The notes under the pieces were generated by a model, which was given only the letters and a program-made list of their open reading frames with translations, was not told the origin of the DNA and ran no database searches. Of a stretch of DNA of 64,000 nucleotides, positions 50,558-62,826 are shown piece by piece. Position 1 is the stretch's first letter. Every line of letters starts with the position of its first letter. A program made the translations under genes and the position numbers. The DNA comes from Hemiscyllium ocellatum (taxonomy: Eukaryota), in contig NC_083412.1 of assembly GCF_020745735.1 (NCBI RefSeq), positions 59,238,320 to 59,302,319 on the forward strand. Direction: 5' to 3'.

Positions 50558-52995
50558 TAAGACCATAAGACATAGGAGTGGAAGTAAGGCCATTCGGCCC
50601 ATTGAGTCCACTCCACCATTCAATCATGGCTGATGGGCATTTCAACTCCACTTACCCGCAATTTCCCTGTAGCCCTTAATTCCTCGAGACAAGAGGAATC
50701 TATCAATCTCTGCCTTGAAGACATTTAGCGTCCCGGCCTCCATTGCACTCTGCGGCAATGAACTCCACAGGCCCACCACTCTCTGGCTGAAGAAATGTCT
50801 CCGCATTTCTGTTCTGAATTGACCCCCTCTAATTCTAAGGCTGTGTCCACGGGTCCTAGTCTCCTCACCTAACGGAAACAATTTCCTAGCGTCCACCCTT
50901 TCCAAGCCATGTATTATCTTGTACATCTCTATTAAGTCTCCCCTTAATCTTCTAAACTCCAATGAATACAATCCCAGGATCCTCAGCCATTCCTCATACG
51001 TTAGACCAACCATTCCAGGGATTATCTATATGAATCTCCGCTGGACAAGTTCCAGTACCAGTATGTCCTTCCTGAGGTGTGGGGACCAAAACTGGACACA
51101 GTACTCCAAATGGGGCCTAACCAGAGCTTTATAAAGTCTCAGTAGCACAACGGTGCTTTTATATTCCAACCCTCTTGAGATAAATGACAACATTGCATTC
51201 GCTTTCTTAATCGCGGACTCAACCTGCATGTTTACCTTTAGAGAATCCTCGACTAGCACTCCCAGATCCCTTTGTACTTTGGCTTTATGAATTTTCTCAC
51301 CGTTTAGAAAGTAGTCTATGCTTTTATTCTTTTTTCTAAAGTGCAAGACCTCGCATTTGCTCACGCTGAATTCCATCAGCCATTTCCTCGACCACTCTCC
51401 CAAACTGTCTAGATCCTTCTGTAGCCTCCCCACTTCCTCAGTACTACCTGCCTGTCCACCTAACTTCGTATCATCTGCAAACTTCGCTAGAATGCCCCCA
51501 GTCCCTTCATCCAGATTATTAATATATAATGCGAACAGCTGTGGCCCCAACACTGAATCCTGCGGGACACCACTCGTCACCGGCTGCCATTCCGAAAAAG
51601 AACCTTTTATCCCAACTCTCTGCCTTCTGTCAGACAGCCAATCCTCAATCCATTCCAGTAGCTCACCTCAAACTCCATGGGCCCTCACCTTGCTCAGCAG
51701 CCTCCTGTGTGGCACCTTATCAAAGGCCTTTTGGAAGTCTAAATGGACCACATCCATTGGGTTTCCCTGGTCTAACCTACTTGTCACCTTTTCAAAGAAT
51801 TCCAACAGGTTTGTCAGGCATGACCTCCCCTTACTAAATCCATGTTGACTTGTTCTAATCAGACTCTGCTCTTTTAAGAATTTAGAAACCTCATCCTTAA
51901 TGATGGATTCTAGAATTTTACCAACAACCGAGGTTAGGCTAATTGGCCTATAATTTTCCATCTTTTGTCTTGATCCTTTCTTGAACAAGGGGGTTACAAC
52001 AGCGATCTTCCAATCATCCGGGACTTTCCCTGACTCCAGTGACTCTTGAAAGATCTCAACCAATGCCTCCGCTATTTCCTCAGCCACCTGTCTCAGAACT
52101 CTAGGATGTCTCCCATCGGGGCCAGGAGATTTATCAATTTTAAGACCTTTTAGCTTTTCTAGCACTATCTCTGTTGTAATGGCAACCATACTCAACTCAG
52201 CCCCCTGACTCCCTTTAATTGTTTGGATATTACTCATGTCTTCCACCATGAAAACTGACGCAAAGTACTTGTTAAGTTCTCCTGCTATTTCCTTATCTCC
52301 CATCACTAGGCTTCCTGCATCAGTTTGAAGTGGCCCAATGTCTACTTTTGCCTGTCGTTTGTTTCTTATATATTGAAATAAACTTTTACTATCATTTCTA
52401 ATATTACTGGCTAGCCTACCTTCATATTTGATCCTCTCCTTTCTTATTACTCTCTTTGTTATCCTCTGTTTGTTATTGTAGCCTTCCTAATCTTCTGATT
52501 TCCCAATGTTCTTGGCCACTTTATAGGATCTCTCTTTTTCTTTAATACATTTCCTGATTTCCTTTGTCAGCCATGGCTGTCTAATCCCTCCCCGGATAAT
52601 CTTTCTTTTCTTGGGGATGAACCTCTGTACAGTGTCCTCAATTATACCACAAACCCCTGCCATTTTTGCTCTACTGTCTTCCCCGCTAGCCTCTGCTTCC
52701 AGTCTATTTTCATCAGTTTCTCTCTCATGCCCTCATAATTACCTTTATTTAACTGTAACACCATTACATCCTTAAAGATTTTGCCTTCTCTCTTTCAAAC
52801 TGCAGACTGAACTCTACCATATTATGATCGCTGCTTCCTAAGGGTTCCCTTACTTTAAAATCTTTTATAAAGTCTGGTTCATTGCAAAGCACTACGTCCA
52901 GAATAGCCTGCTCCCTTGTGGGCTCCATGACAAGCTGTTCCAAAAAGCCATCCTGTAAGCATTCCATGAATTCCCTTTCTTTGGATCCACTGGCA
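50557..52995 (-). mobile_element. Young 5'-truncated CR1 LINE (EN C-terminus and RT), defective
   Basis: ORFs 51668-52306, 51026-51580 and 50642-51013 are in one frame, separated by point stops. Motifs include DKSPGPDG, NYRPISLTS, SQHGF, DFQKAFDKVPH, FADDT and an EN piece GSSDHNMVEF. Confidence 0.95.
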
Positions 52996-53912
52996 GAATC
53001 TTTGACAAGATTCCACCTCTGCCCTGTACAGGACAATGTTGGAGAGATTATCTGGGGAAGGGGGTTTAGGGTTCACCCCTATGTAGAACTTGAAGGGGGG
53101 GACAGATGCCGGGAGGTCAGTCATTTAGAGACGGTGCCTGAACTGTCCAGGACTGTTCTCGGCAGCATTTCAGTGAGCCGAGTTCATTTTTAATCATTGT
53201 ACATGCAAACAAAAGGTGTGATCAGGATTGAAACAGCTCTTTAATGTATTGTTTCTGTAGGGACCTTGAGATCACCTTCGGATAATTTGATATTCGGATA
53301 ATTGAGGTTCCTCTATAAATCTTTTCTGAATCTTTTTAGGTTTCACAACATTCCCCCAATAGGAGAGAGATCAGAATTGCACACAATATTCCAAAAGTGG
53401 CCTAACCAATGTCCTGTACAGACACAACATGATCTCCCAACTCCTGTACTCAATACTCTGACTGATAAAGGAAAGCATACCAAACGCCTTCTTCACTATC
53501 CTATCTACCTGTGACTCTACTTTCAAGGAGGTATGAACCTGCACTCCCTTGGACCTTACCATTAAGTGTATAAGTCCTGCTAAGATTTGCTTTCCCAAAA
53601 TGCAGCACCTTGCATTTATTTAAATAAACTCCATCTGCCACTCCTCAGTCCATTGGACCATCTGATCAAGATCCAATTGTACTCTGAGGTAATCTTCTTC
53701 GCTGTTCATTATACCTCCAATCCAGACTTCATTGGGACAGAGGCAGGGAGGTGCTGTGATCCACACTAGATACCCTCTTGCCCAAGTAAATGCCCCAGCT
53801 CGAACATCATACAGTCGTAGAGATATACAGCATGGAAACAGAGCCTTTGGTCCAACTTGTCCATGTCAACCTGAAACCCTAACCTAATCTAGTCCCATTT
53901 GCCAGCATTTGG

Positions 53913-54200
53913 TAGCACTGCTGCCTCACAGCACCAGGGTCCCAGGTTCGATTCCAGCCTCGGGTGACTATCTGTGTGGATTTTGCACATTCTCCTCGTG
54001 TCTGCATGGGTTTCATCCGGGTGCTCCGGTTTCCTCCCACAGTCCAAAGGTGTGCAGGCCAGGTGAATTGGACATGTCAAATTGCCCATAGTGTTAGATG
54101 AGTCAGAGGGAAATGGGTCTGGGTGGGTTACTGTTCGGAGGGTCAGTGTGGACTGGTTGGGCAAAAGGGCCTGTTTCCACATTGTAGGAAATCTAATCTA
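53913..54200 (+). mobile_element. HE1-like SINE, slightly 5'-truncated, nested in the CR1 3' UTR
   Basis: TAGCACTGCTGCCTCACAGCACCAGGGTCCCAGGTTCGATTCC...GGAAATCTAATCTA. Confidence 0.92.
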
Positions 54201-54820
54201 ATCCCTCTAAATACTTCCTATTCATATACCCATCCAGATGCCTTTTAAATGTTGTAATTGTACCAACCTCCACCACTTCCTTTGGCAGCATATTCCATAC
54301 ATGCACCACCCTCTGCATGAAAACGTTGCCCCTAAGGTTCCTTTTAAAGCTTTCTCCTCTCACCCTAAACCTATGCCCTCTAGTTCTGGACCACTCCACC
54401 CCAGGGAAAAAACCTTGTATATTTACCCTATCCATGTCCCTCTTGATTTTATGAACCTCCACAGGGTCACCCTCTCAGCCTCCAATGTTCCAGGGAAAAC
54501 AGTCCCAGCCTATTCAGCCTCTCCCTATAGCTCAAACACTGACAACATTCTTGTAAATCTTTTCTGAACCCTTTCAAGTTTCACAACATTGTTCCAATTG
54601 GAGGGATACCAGAATTGCACACAATATTCCAATTTCCTATTCAGCTACAACCTGACCTCCCGACTCCAATACTCAATGCTCTGACCAATAAAGGAAAGCT
54701 TACTAAATGCTGCCTTCACTATCCTTTCTACCTGCAACCCACTTTCAAGGAACTATGAACCTGCACTCCACAGTCTCTTTGTTCACTAACCCTCCACAAG
54801 ACCTTACCATTAAGTGTGTA

Positions 54821-55060
54821 GATAGTCATAGAGATGCACAGAATGGAAACAGACCCTTCGGTCCAAGCCATCCATGCCGACCAGATATCCCAACCCAATC
54901 TAGTCCCACCTGCCAGCACAGGGCCCATATCCCTCCAAACCCTTCCTATTCATATACCCATCCAAATGCCTCTTAAATGTTGCAATTGTACCAGCCTCCA
55001 CCACATCCTCTGGCAGCTCATTCCATATACGTACCAACCTCTGTGTGAAAAAGTTGCCCA
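54821..55060 (-). mobile_element. Short CR1 3' end nested in the CR1
   Basis: A new tail gatagtcatagagatgcacag interrupts host ACCATTAAGTGT|...|TCCTGCT. Confidence 0.85.
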
Positions 55061-57599
55061 TCCTGCTCTGATTTGTCTTTCCAAAATGCACTACCCCACA
55101 TTTATTTAAATTAAACTCAATCTGCTTCTCCTGGCTATTGGCCCATCTGATCAAGATTCAATTGCACTCTGAGGTAACCATCTTCACTGTCCACTACACC
55201 TCCAATTTTGGTGTCACCTGCAAACTGACTGATTATATCTTAACATGTTCACATCCAAATCATTTATATAAATGATGAAAAGCAGTGGACCCAGCACCGA
55301 TCCTTGTGGCACTCCACTGGCCACAGGCCTCCAGTCTGAAAGGCAACCCTCCACCACCACCCTCTGTCTTCTACCTTCGAGCCAGTTCCGTATCCAAATG
55401 GCAAGTTCTCTCTGTATTCCACGAGATCTAATCTCGCTAACCAGTCTCCTGCTTTCCCTGCTAACCCATGGGGACCTTGTTGAACGCCTTATTGAAGCCC
55501 ATATAGATCACATCTACTGCTCTGCCCTCATCAATCCTCTTCGTTACTTCTTCAAAAAACTCAATCAAGTTTGTGAGACATGATTTCCCATGCACAAAGC
55601 TATGTTGACTCTTCCTAATCACTCCTTGCCTTCCAAACATATGTACATCCTGTCCCTCAGGATTCCCTCCAACAACTTGCCCACCACCAACATCAGGCTC
55701 ACTGGTCTATAGTTCCCTGGCTTGTCTTTACCGCCCTTCTTAAACAGTGGCACCGCATTAGCCAACCTCCAGTCTTCCAGCACCTCACCTGTGACTATTG
55801 ATGATACAAATATCTCAGCAAGAGGCCAAGCAATCACTTCTCTAGCTTCTCACAGAGTTCTAGGGTACCCCTGATCAGGTCCTGGGGACTTATCCACCTT
55901 TATGTGCTTCAGGACATGCAGCACTTCCTCCTCTGTAATATGGACATTTTGCAAGGTGTCACCATCTATTTCACTACTTTCTATATCTTTCATATCATTT
56001 TCCACAGTAAATACAGATGCAAAATTCTCATTTAGTATCTCTCACATTTTCTGCGGCTCCACACAAAGGCTGCCTTGTTGATCTTTGAGGGGCCCTATTC
56101 TCTCCCTAGTTATCCTTTTGTCCTTATTGTATTTGTAAAAACCCTTTGGATTCTCCTTAACCCTTTTAATGAAAGCTATCTTAAGTCCCCTTCGTGCCGT
56201 CCTGAGTTCAGTCTTAAGAATACTTCTATTGCCTTTATACTCTTCTAAGGATTCACTCAATCTCTGCTGTCTCTACCTGACATATGCTTCCTTCTTTTTC
56301 TTAATGAAAAGATCTATTTCTCTAGTCATCCAGCATTGCCTACACCCACCTACCTCGTCTTTCACTCGAACAGCAATGTATTGTGTCTGAACTCTCATTA
56401 TCTCATTTCTGAAGGCTTCACATTTTCCAGCCATCCCTTTACATATGAACATCTGTCATGCATTCATCTGCTCTATCCTCCTACTCCTACCCTCACTAGC
56501 TTGTAGCACCAACAGTAATCCAGATATTACTTCCCTGAAGGACCTCCTTTTTAAATTCCTGCCTAACTTTCTATATTCTCCCTTCAGATTTTCATCCTCT
56601 TCCCTTCCTATGTCATTGGTTCCAATGTGTACAATGACCTCCTGCTTGTCCCTCTCCCCCTTGAGAACAATCTGCACCCTCTCTGAGATATCCTTGATCC
56701 TGGCACCAGAGAGGCAGTACACCATTCTGACTTTTCGCTGCTGGCTACAGAAACATCTGTTTGTCCCTCTGACTAGAAAGGCCCCTATCACAATCAATTG
56801 CTTGGAACCCAAAATACCCCTCATTACATTAGAGCCATTCATAATACCAGAAACTTGGCTGTTGATGCTACATTCTCTGGAGAGTCCATCACCCTTTACT
56901 TGTTTGAGTTGGGATAGCCACAAGAGACTCCTGCACTACCTGCCTACTCTTTCTACCTTTCCTGGAGTTAACCCATCCATCTGACTGTATCTGCAGTTTT
57001 TTTTCCCTTCCCATAACTGCCATCCATCACACTCCCTAGCTCTGAAAAACACCTCACTCCTCTAACTGCCGCTCTAAGCAACCTGATAGAATTCGCAACC
57101 AATGACATTTGCCAGAGACATAATCATCAGTAACATGGAAACTCTCCGTAAACTTTCACATCTGACAGGAAGAGCATATCACTCCACTGAAGGCCATCTT
57201 GGCTCCTTCACAATCTTCAGACCCAGAAAATAGTACTGTCTTATTGCTGTAAAAATAAAACACCGCTCCAGTCTAATTTAATACTTATGGTCTGTATTTT
57301 TAAAATTTAATCAAGGGACAGGTCTCAATAAAACATATAATCAAGAAAGAACCCCTCTACTCACTATTGTAGATTCACAGCAAGTTAAACGTAAAAACTA
57401 TGCACATATCTGTTCCCATGCAATAAGCTCTCCCACATAAGTTCCTCCAAGGTCAGCTGTGTATTTTGCAGTTTGTTAATACAATTTTATAAGGTTTTGT
57501 AAGCTCCCTCCTCATTCTTCTAAATGCCAGTGAATATCACCCAAACTGATCCAAAATCCCTTCATATATCAGATCTGCCATCCTATGAATCAGTATGGT

Positions 57600-58290
57600 A
57601 ATTTTTTTTATTTCAGAAATATACTTTATTCATAAAATTATTTGGATCTCTATACAATTGGTCATGCCATTCTTGTGCACACATTACATTGCTTTACATA
57701 CAGACATCAAAATTTATTTTTCCTATATACAAGTCTGTACATTTACTACCCAGCTCTTCTGCTGAAGCATCAGCGGAGCACAAATGACTGGGTGGGCCCC
57801 CTGTTCTTCTTAGACAGGCAGATGTTACACGGTGGTCTTTCCCCACTGCGCCTTGGCAGCAGCTGCCCCAAGCTTCAGCGCGTCCCTCAAAACGTCCCTT
57901 GGAATGTGCCAGTCTGCAACACTCAGTCGGGGTCAACTCCTTCAGCTGGAAGATCAACAGGTTTCGGACCACCCAAAGAGCATCTTTCTCCAAGTTGATG
58001 ATCCTCTAGGCACAGTTGATGTTCATCTCGGTGTGCGTCCCGGAGAACAGACCGTAAAGCACAGAGTCCTGCTTCACAACACTGCTCAGGACGAACCTCA
58101 ACAAACACCACTGCATTCATCTCTAGACTTCCTTTGTGTTAGCACATTCCAGAAGGAGGTGTGTGACAGTGTCGTCTCCCCTGCAGCCACTTTGCGGGCA
58201 GCGTGCAGTGCGGCAGAGATTCCGGGCATCAGTCTGGTAATCTCCTTCCATAGCCAGAACATCCTTCCTCAACTACAGAGACCAAACCTG
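57600..58290 (-). mobile_element. Tx1/L1-clade LINE 3' end
   Basis: The minus frame gives RCPQSGCRGDDTVTHLLLECA (CCHC knuckle), then KDALWVVRNLLIFQLKELTPTECCRLAHS. AATAAA and an A-tail lie at 57602-57630 on the minus strand. Confidence 0.85.
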
Positions 58291-58739
58291 CTGACAATAC
58301 ACCAGCTGTGGTCTCACCAAGACACTGTACAATTAAGCGAGACACTCCTGCTCCTATACTCGAATCTTCTCACTGTGAAGGTCAACATAGTGTTTACCTC
58401 CTTCAGCAGTGCATGATTACTTTCACTAATTGATACACAAGAATACCCAGGTTTTATTCTGTTTGTTCCTATCACCATCCAAATAATAAGCCTTCCTGTT
58501 TTTGCTACCAAAGTGGATAACCTCACATTTATCCACATTTTACTTCATCTGCCATGCTTCTATTCTGCCTTTCAACTTGTTCAATGTATGCAAGTATGAA
58601 ACCATATTGGCAGACCAACCACAAGTACATGCTTTTGATTTAGCTAGCACAATTGTTGTGATCAGTTTTTACGACTTTTAGCATCATGTGTTCTGAAAAG
58701 TAAGAATGCCAGACCTTAAAAACACTCTAAATAATACAG

Positions 58740-60200
58740 TAAGAGCCAACATATTACCACTATGCATCCTGAAGGACATGTAGCTCAGCAAGTACTGCTC
58801 CATGGCACAATCTGTGAGAAAGCTGCTCTCAGCAATCACTGATTCCTTGCATTGGCAGAATCACAATGCAGTGCCAAAATGCAAGCTCATCTTGCTTTCC
58901 TGAAATCATCTACCAGGCAGATACCAATTGTCCAGCATTAAAACTGTTATCAGTATGCACAGATCTCTGTACGGTGCACATCCATGAACACTATGGGCAA
59001 TTTAGCTTGGCCAATCCACCTAACCTGCACATCTTTGGATTGTAGGAGAAAACACAGCACCAAGAGGAAACCCATGCAGACACAGAGAGAATGTGCTCAC
59101 AACACCCAGACAGTTGCTCAAGGGGAGAAATGATCCCAGGTCCCTGGCGTTGTGAAGCAGCAGTGCTAACCAATGTGTTGCCCTGTTAGCCCCACACAGA
59201 TTGATACAACTTCATGGCACCATTACAGACAGTAGAAAAATTAAATCTTTCCAAAGCTGAGTTATTTTTCAAACTAGAGGTATGCCATTGCTACTGATTC
59301 ATCCATTTAGCTGAAGAACCCCAGAAGTTCATGATTTCTAGGGGACCACTTGGTTGGTACTGTTTGGATTATCTGCATCTATTCAAATATCATGTGGAAA
59401 GGATTATTGAAAATGTATCTATGTTTTAACAGCTGATGATATCATGATAATGGGTCAAAGAAAGGCAAAGCGCAACCATAACCTTCACCTAAAGATGGCA
59501 GCATTGCAATGACATAGATTGGCATTTAGCAGCATGAAGTGTCAGATCAACATCAGATGGATATTTTTATAGTTGTGGCCATGTGTGCTCAACCTTTCAA
59601 GTGTGTCCTGATCCAAGAAAGACTAAAGATGTTAAACAAATACCGACTCCACAGGATAAATGGGATCTGCAACATTGCTTTAGATTTTTCAACTTCCCTC
59701 TTACCATATGTTCCCAACATTGTGAAAAGATAGCTCCACTGAGAGATGTGCACACAAAGGGTGTCATCTCTTTTTAATAAGACGATCGCCAACACATCTT
59801 TGATTCTCTCAAGGAAGGCATGTCAATAAAATCTTGCTGCAAAACTTCTACCCCATAAAATTCACAATTCTCAAAGTGGAGGCATCACAAAAAAGCCTAG
59901 GTTTGTGTCTTAGGTAAGATGAGAAAACCATTGTTTTTTGTCAGAAAATCCTGTCACCAGTGGAAACTAACTAGTCAGCTGTGGGATTCTGCATAACATG
60001 GTTTCATGCTTAATTATTCCTCAAGAAATTTTCCAGTGAAACAGATGATTCAGCACTAAAAGATGATCTGCCGTGAACCACTCATGAGTGATCTGTGATA
60101 CCTGCAGCATCTACCTGTCAATGTACTAGAATATGATGTTGAAGTGAGTTTTAAGCCACGTACCATGATGATTATGTCTGATGCACTGAGCCAATTACCC
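58740..60200 (+). mobile_element. Decayed Gypsy pol relic
   Basis: VCPDPRKTKDVKQIPTPQDKWDLQ...EKIAPLRD (RT/connection) and LEYDVEVSFKP..MIMSDALSQLP (RNase H end). Confidence 0.7.
58985..59185 (-). mobile_element. HE1-like SINE, 3'-truncated
   Basis: The minus strand reads TTGGTTAGCACTGCTGCTTCACAACGCCAGGGACC...TAGGTGGATTGGCCAAGCTAAATTGCCC. Confidence 0.85.
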
Positions 60201-61819
60201 AGCCTACAACAGACCAAGATAGTCCTCTTGATCTGTGGATCTTCAGTACCACATTACAATTTTTTTTATGTTACAGGAGCTAATAAAAGTATTTCTACTT
60301 TGACCACAAAGAACCTGCTGGATACTGTACCTATACCACGGTAGCTGTTAATTGTCTGCATGATTTATTTTTTCTTTCACCTCTAGCCAATTATCACTTC
60401 ACCAAGTGTTAAGTGACTGCAAGGCTGCTGATATTAGTAAGGATACATTTCATGCCAGCTTTTGTGATGACAGGTCCACATCAAGCGAGTAATCCTACTC
60501 ACCAAATCACGCATGGGTTGAAGGTAGGGCGGGACTATGGGAACAATTTACAAAGGCAATTTAAAGTGTGTATTTTAAAAAAGCCTCTGTTAATTAAGGC
60601 AAACTGCACTCAGCAACTCTTCCCAATAAAATCAGTCATTTTCCAACAATGCACAGTGACTGAATGAATAGTTACAAATTAAATAAATAAGTATAAAAGC
60701 ACGTTTACTCACTTAGAGCAACAAAGTCTCCAGGCATAACTGAAAGGGAAATTATCCAATTACCCTCATTCTCATCAGAAATAATGCCACATATAGGGCT
60801 GTTTTTAAGTGGCTTTAGGTTTTAACCCACATGTTATTTATAGCCATGCAAGACACTAAACACAGATTGAAATGTACAATTTGTCGCATTAATCTTCCTG
60901 TCTGGAGGTCTTACCAACTCCAGAATTATAATCTGGTCAACCTACATGTGGGGAGCAGCACCATTCAAGCAGGTCCTGTGTCATTTGAAAAGCTGCAGAA
61001 CTGCCAAGTCCATAATACTCTCTTGATTATTGCTAAATCCCCCAACTGCTACAACAGTCAGCATCACTGATATATTAAATTAATCAAAATTTAGAGAACA
61101 AAAAATATTTGTCAGTTTCTTAATCATTACCCATTTTTCTGAAAATGCAAAACCATAAACCTTGCATGCTGTCCTTTTTCCTGTATGTACTTTTTTTCTG
61201 AAATGCATTTTACTACAATAAGACTCAAAAGAGTTAACCTGCTATCTTCCACAATCTTCAACTTTCTTGGTTTGCAAAGTGTGTGATGCTACACACCATG
61301 AAAATGATTAAGATTCAGAATAACTCTTGTAATTACTGGGCAAGGATGAAAAGGAAGTGAAAAAAAATGAGAGGGTCTTGTGGTGACAAAGCATCAAACT
61401 GAATGGTATAAAGGGCTGCTTCACTGCAGGACTCTGAGAGAATGAGAATAAATGCAAACCACTTTCTGGGAAAGATGAGGCGGACTGCTGCTTCTGTAAT
61501 CTCTGTCTCTAGTAGAGCATTGTTAAATATTATACTCAGGATAATGATATAGGATCAGAATAATGCGGGCTGCTTAGACTAAACACAAAGCAATGTGTTA
61601 ACCATTTCAGTTTACCGTTAAGGTAATGACTGAGTTTTCGCAGCCTCATGGTTGTGTGGGTGGAGATTGAAGGCTGGGAAAATAGAAGAGAACCACATCA
61701 AGACAGCATTCCTGGCAAATTCCGACTGCCTGGGACGTCACCGACAGGATGTTTGGGAAGACAATTGGTTGCACGCACCAAAGATGAAGTCCCAGCGCAT
61801 ATCTCTACAGAAATCCATT

Positions 61820-62290
61820 GCCAATTAGAAAAAAAAATCTACTTAAGCATTCTCACTGTTTTTTGCCAGACAATTTTCTATCCCTGCTAGTTTGTTGTCC
61901 CCTATACCATAAGCTCCTAGTTTGCACAATAACCTTTTCGTGTCAAAAACCTTCTGCATATCCAAGTACAGTATATCTATAGGCTCCCCTTTATCCACAG
62001 CATATGTAACTCCTTCAAAGGAGCCCAACAAATTGGTTAAATGGGATTTCCCTTTGCAAAACCATATTGATTCATCCTTGAGTTTTCCTAAGTGTTCAGC
62101 CATGACTTCCTTAAAAATTGATTCTAACACCTTCCACACCAACAGTTATCAAGATATATTTTCCTTTCTTTTCCTTCTGTCCCCTCTTGAATAAAGGAGT
62201 TATATTTGCTGCTTTCCAAACTGGTGAACCCTGTGAGAATCTAACAATTTTTAGAAAACTAACACCAATGCATTTACCAACTCTTTTAAC
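61820..62290 (-). mobile_element. CR1 RT fragment
   Basis: KVLESIFKE...KGKSHLTNLLGSF...LDMQKVFD. Confidence 0.8.
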
Positions 62291-62627
62291 ATCTCGAAGC
62301 TCAAAGAAAAATCCCTCAATTTGTAACTGTTCATGACGAGGTTTAAAAGATAAAATTTTAATTTTATAAAAATAAGACAGGGCAATAACAAGACTAGACA
62401 GTGCAAATGCACCAAGGATGATCCTGACAACCAGGGAATCCAGATCCAGGGATCACAGTTAAGGATACTGGGTAGGCCATTTAGGACTGAGATGAGGAGG
62501 AATTACTTCATTCAGATGTAGGATCAAGGAAAACCCTAAAGCTTTCTATAGGTATGTCAGGAATAAAAGAATGACTGGAGTAATATTAAGGCCAGTCAAG
62601 GACAGCAGTGGGAAGTTGTGTGTGGAG

Positions 62628-62826
62628 GACAGGCAGCATCTGAGGAGCAAGAAAATCGATGTTTCAGGCAAAAGCCCTTCATCAGGAAGGGCTATTCTTG
62701 ATGAAGGACTTTTGCCTGAAATGTTGACTTTCCTGCTCCTCAGATGCTGCCTGACCTGCTGTGCTTTTCCAGCACCACTCTAATCTTGACTCTTATCTCC
62801 AGCATTTGCAGCACCCACTTTCACCT
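62628..62826 (+). mobile_element. Penelope-type inverted-repeat cassette with hammerhead motifs on both strands
   Basis: Arms 62630-62688 and 62695-62753 (52/59 complementary). TSD AGTTGTGTGTGG at 62614-62625 and 62827-62838. Confidence 0.85.

Larger units (their letters stand above)
50156..53315. mobile_element. Non-autonomous pogo/Tigger-like (Tc1/mariner superfamily) DNA element, about 0.7 kb without the nested CR1
   Basis: 23-bp TIRs CAGAGGAACCTTGATTATCTGAA (50156-50178) and the reverse complement of 53293-53315, TAGAGGAACCTCAATTATCCGAA (19/23). TA duplication at 50154-50155 and 53316-53317. Subterminal GGATAATT repeats. Confidence 0.85.
49700..53720 (-). mobile_element. CR1 3' part (49700-50155 and 53316-53720), split by a DNA transposon
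   Basis: ccctgacaacagccttgTA|...|TAaatcttttctgaa rejoins to the CR1 motif CAACATCCTTGTAAATCTTTTCTGAA seen intact at 11651-11675. Confidence 0.9.
53807..57480 (-). mobile_element. Long CR1 LINE (5' UTR to tail, EN deleted), sister copy of 9817-13895
   Basis: ORF1 esterase at 56456-56923 (CLSGARIKD..VIVHIGTNDIG) and RT pieces at 55619-56260. Shares diagnostic variants with the 9.8-kb copy. Confidence 0.88.

Noticed and set aside
50256-50633. Pro-rich and Gly-rich ORFs
   Set aside because: They are by-products of C-rich low-complexity sequence and the (AC)n tract inside the MITE.
51318-51848. 176-aa plus-strand ORF and similar ORFs elsewhere
   Set aside because: They are antisense shadows of CR1 ORF2.
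19052-60482. Exact 16-mer ATGACAGGTCCACATC at 19052-19067 and 60467-60482
   Set aside because: About one such match is expected by chance in 64 kb, and the flanks do not align.
16734-60680. CACAGTG heptamers (~16734, ~26270, ~60653) as recombination signal sequences
   Set aside because: There is no ACAAAAACC-like nonamer at 12 or 23 nt spacing.
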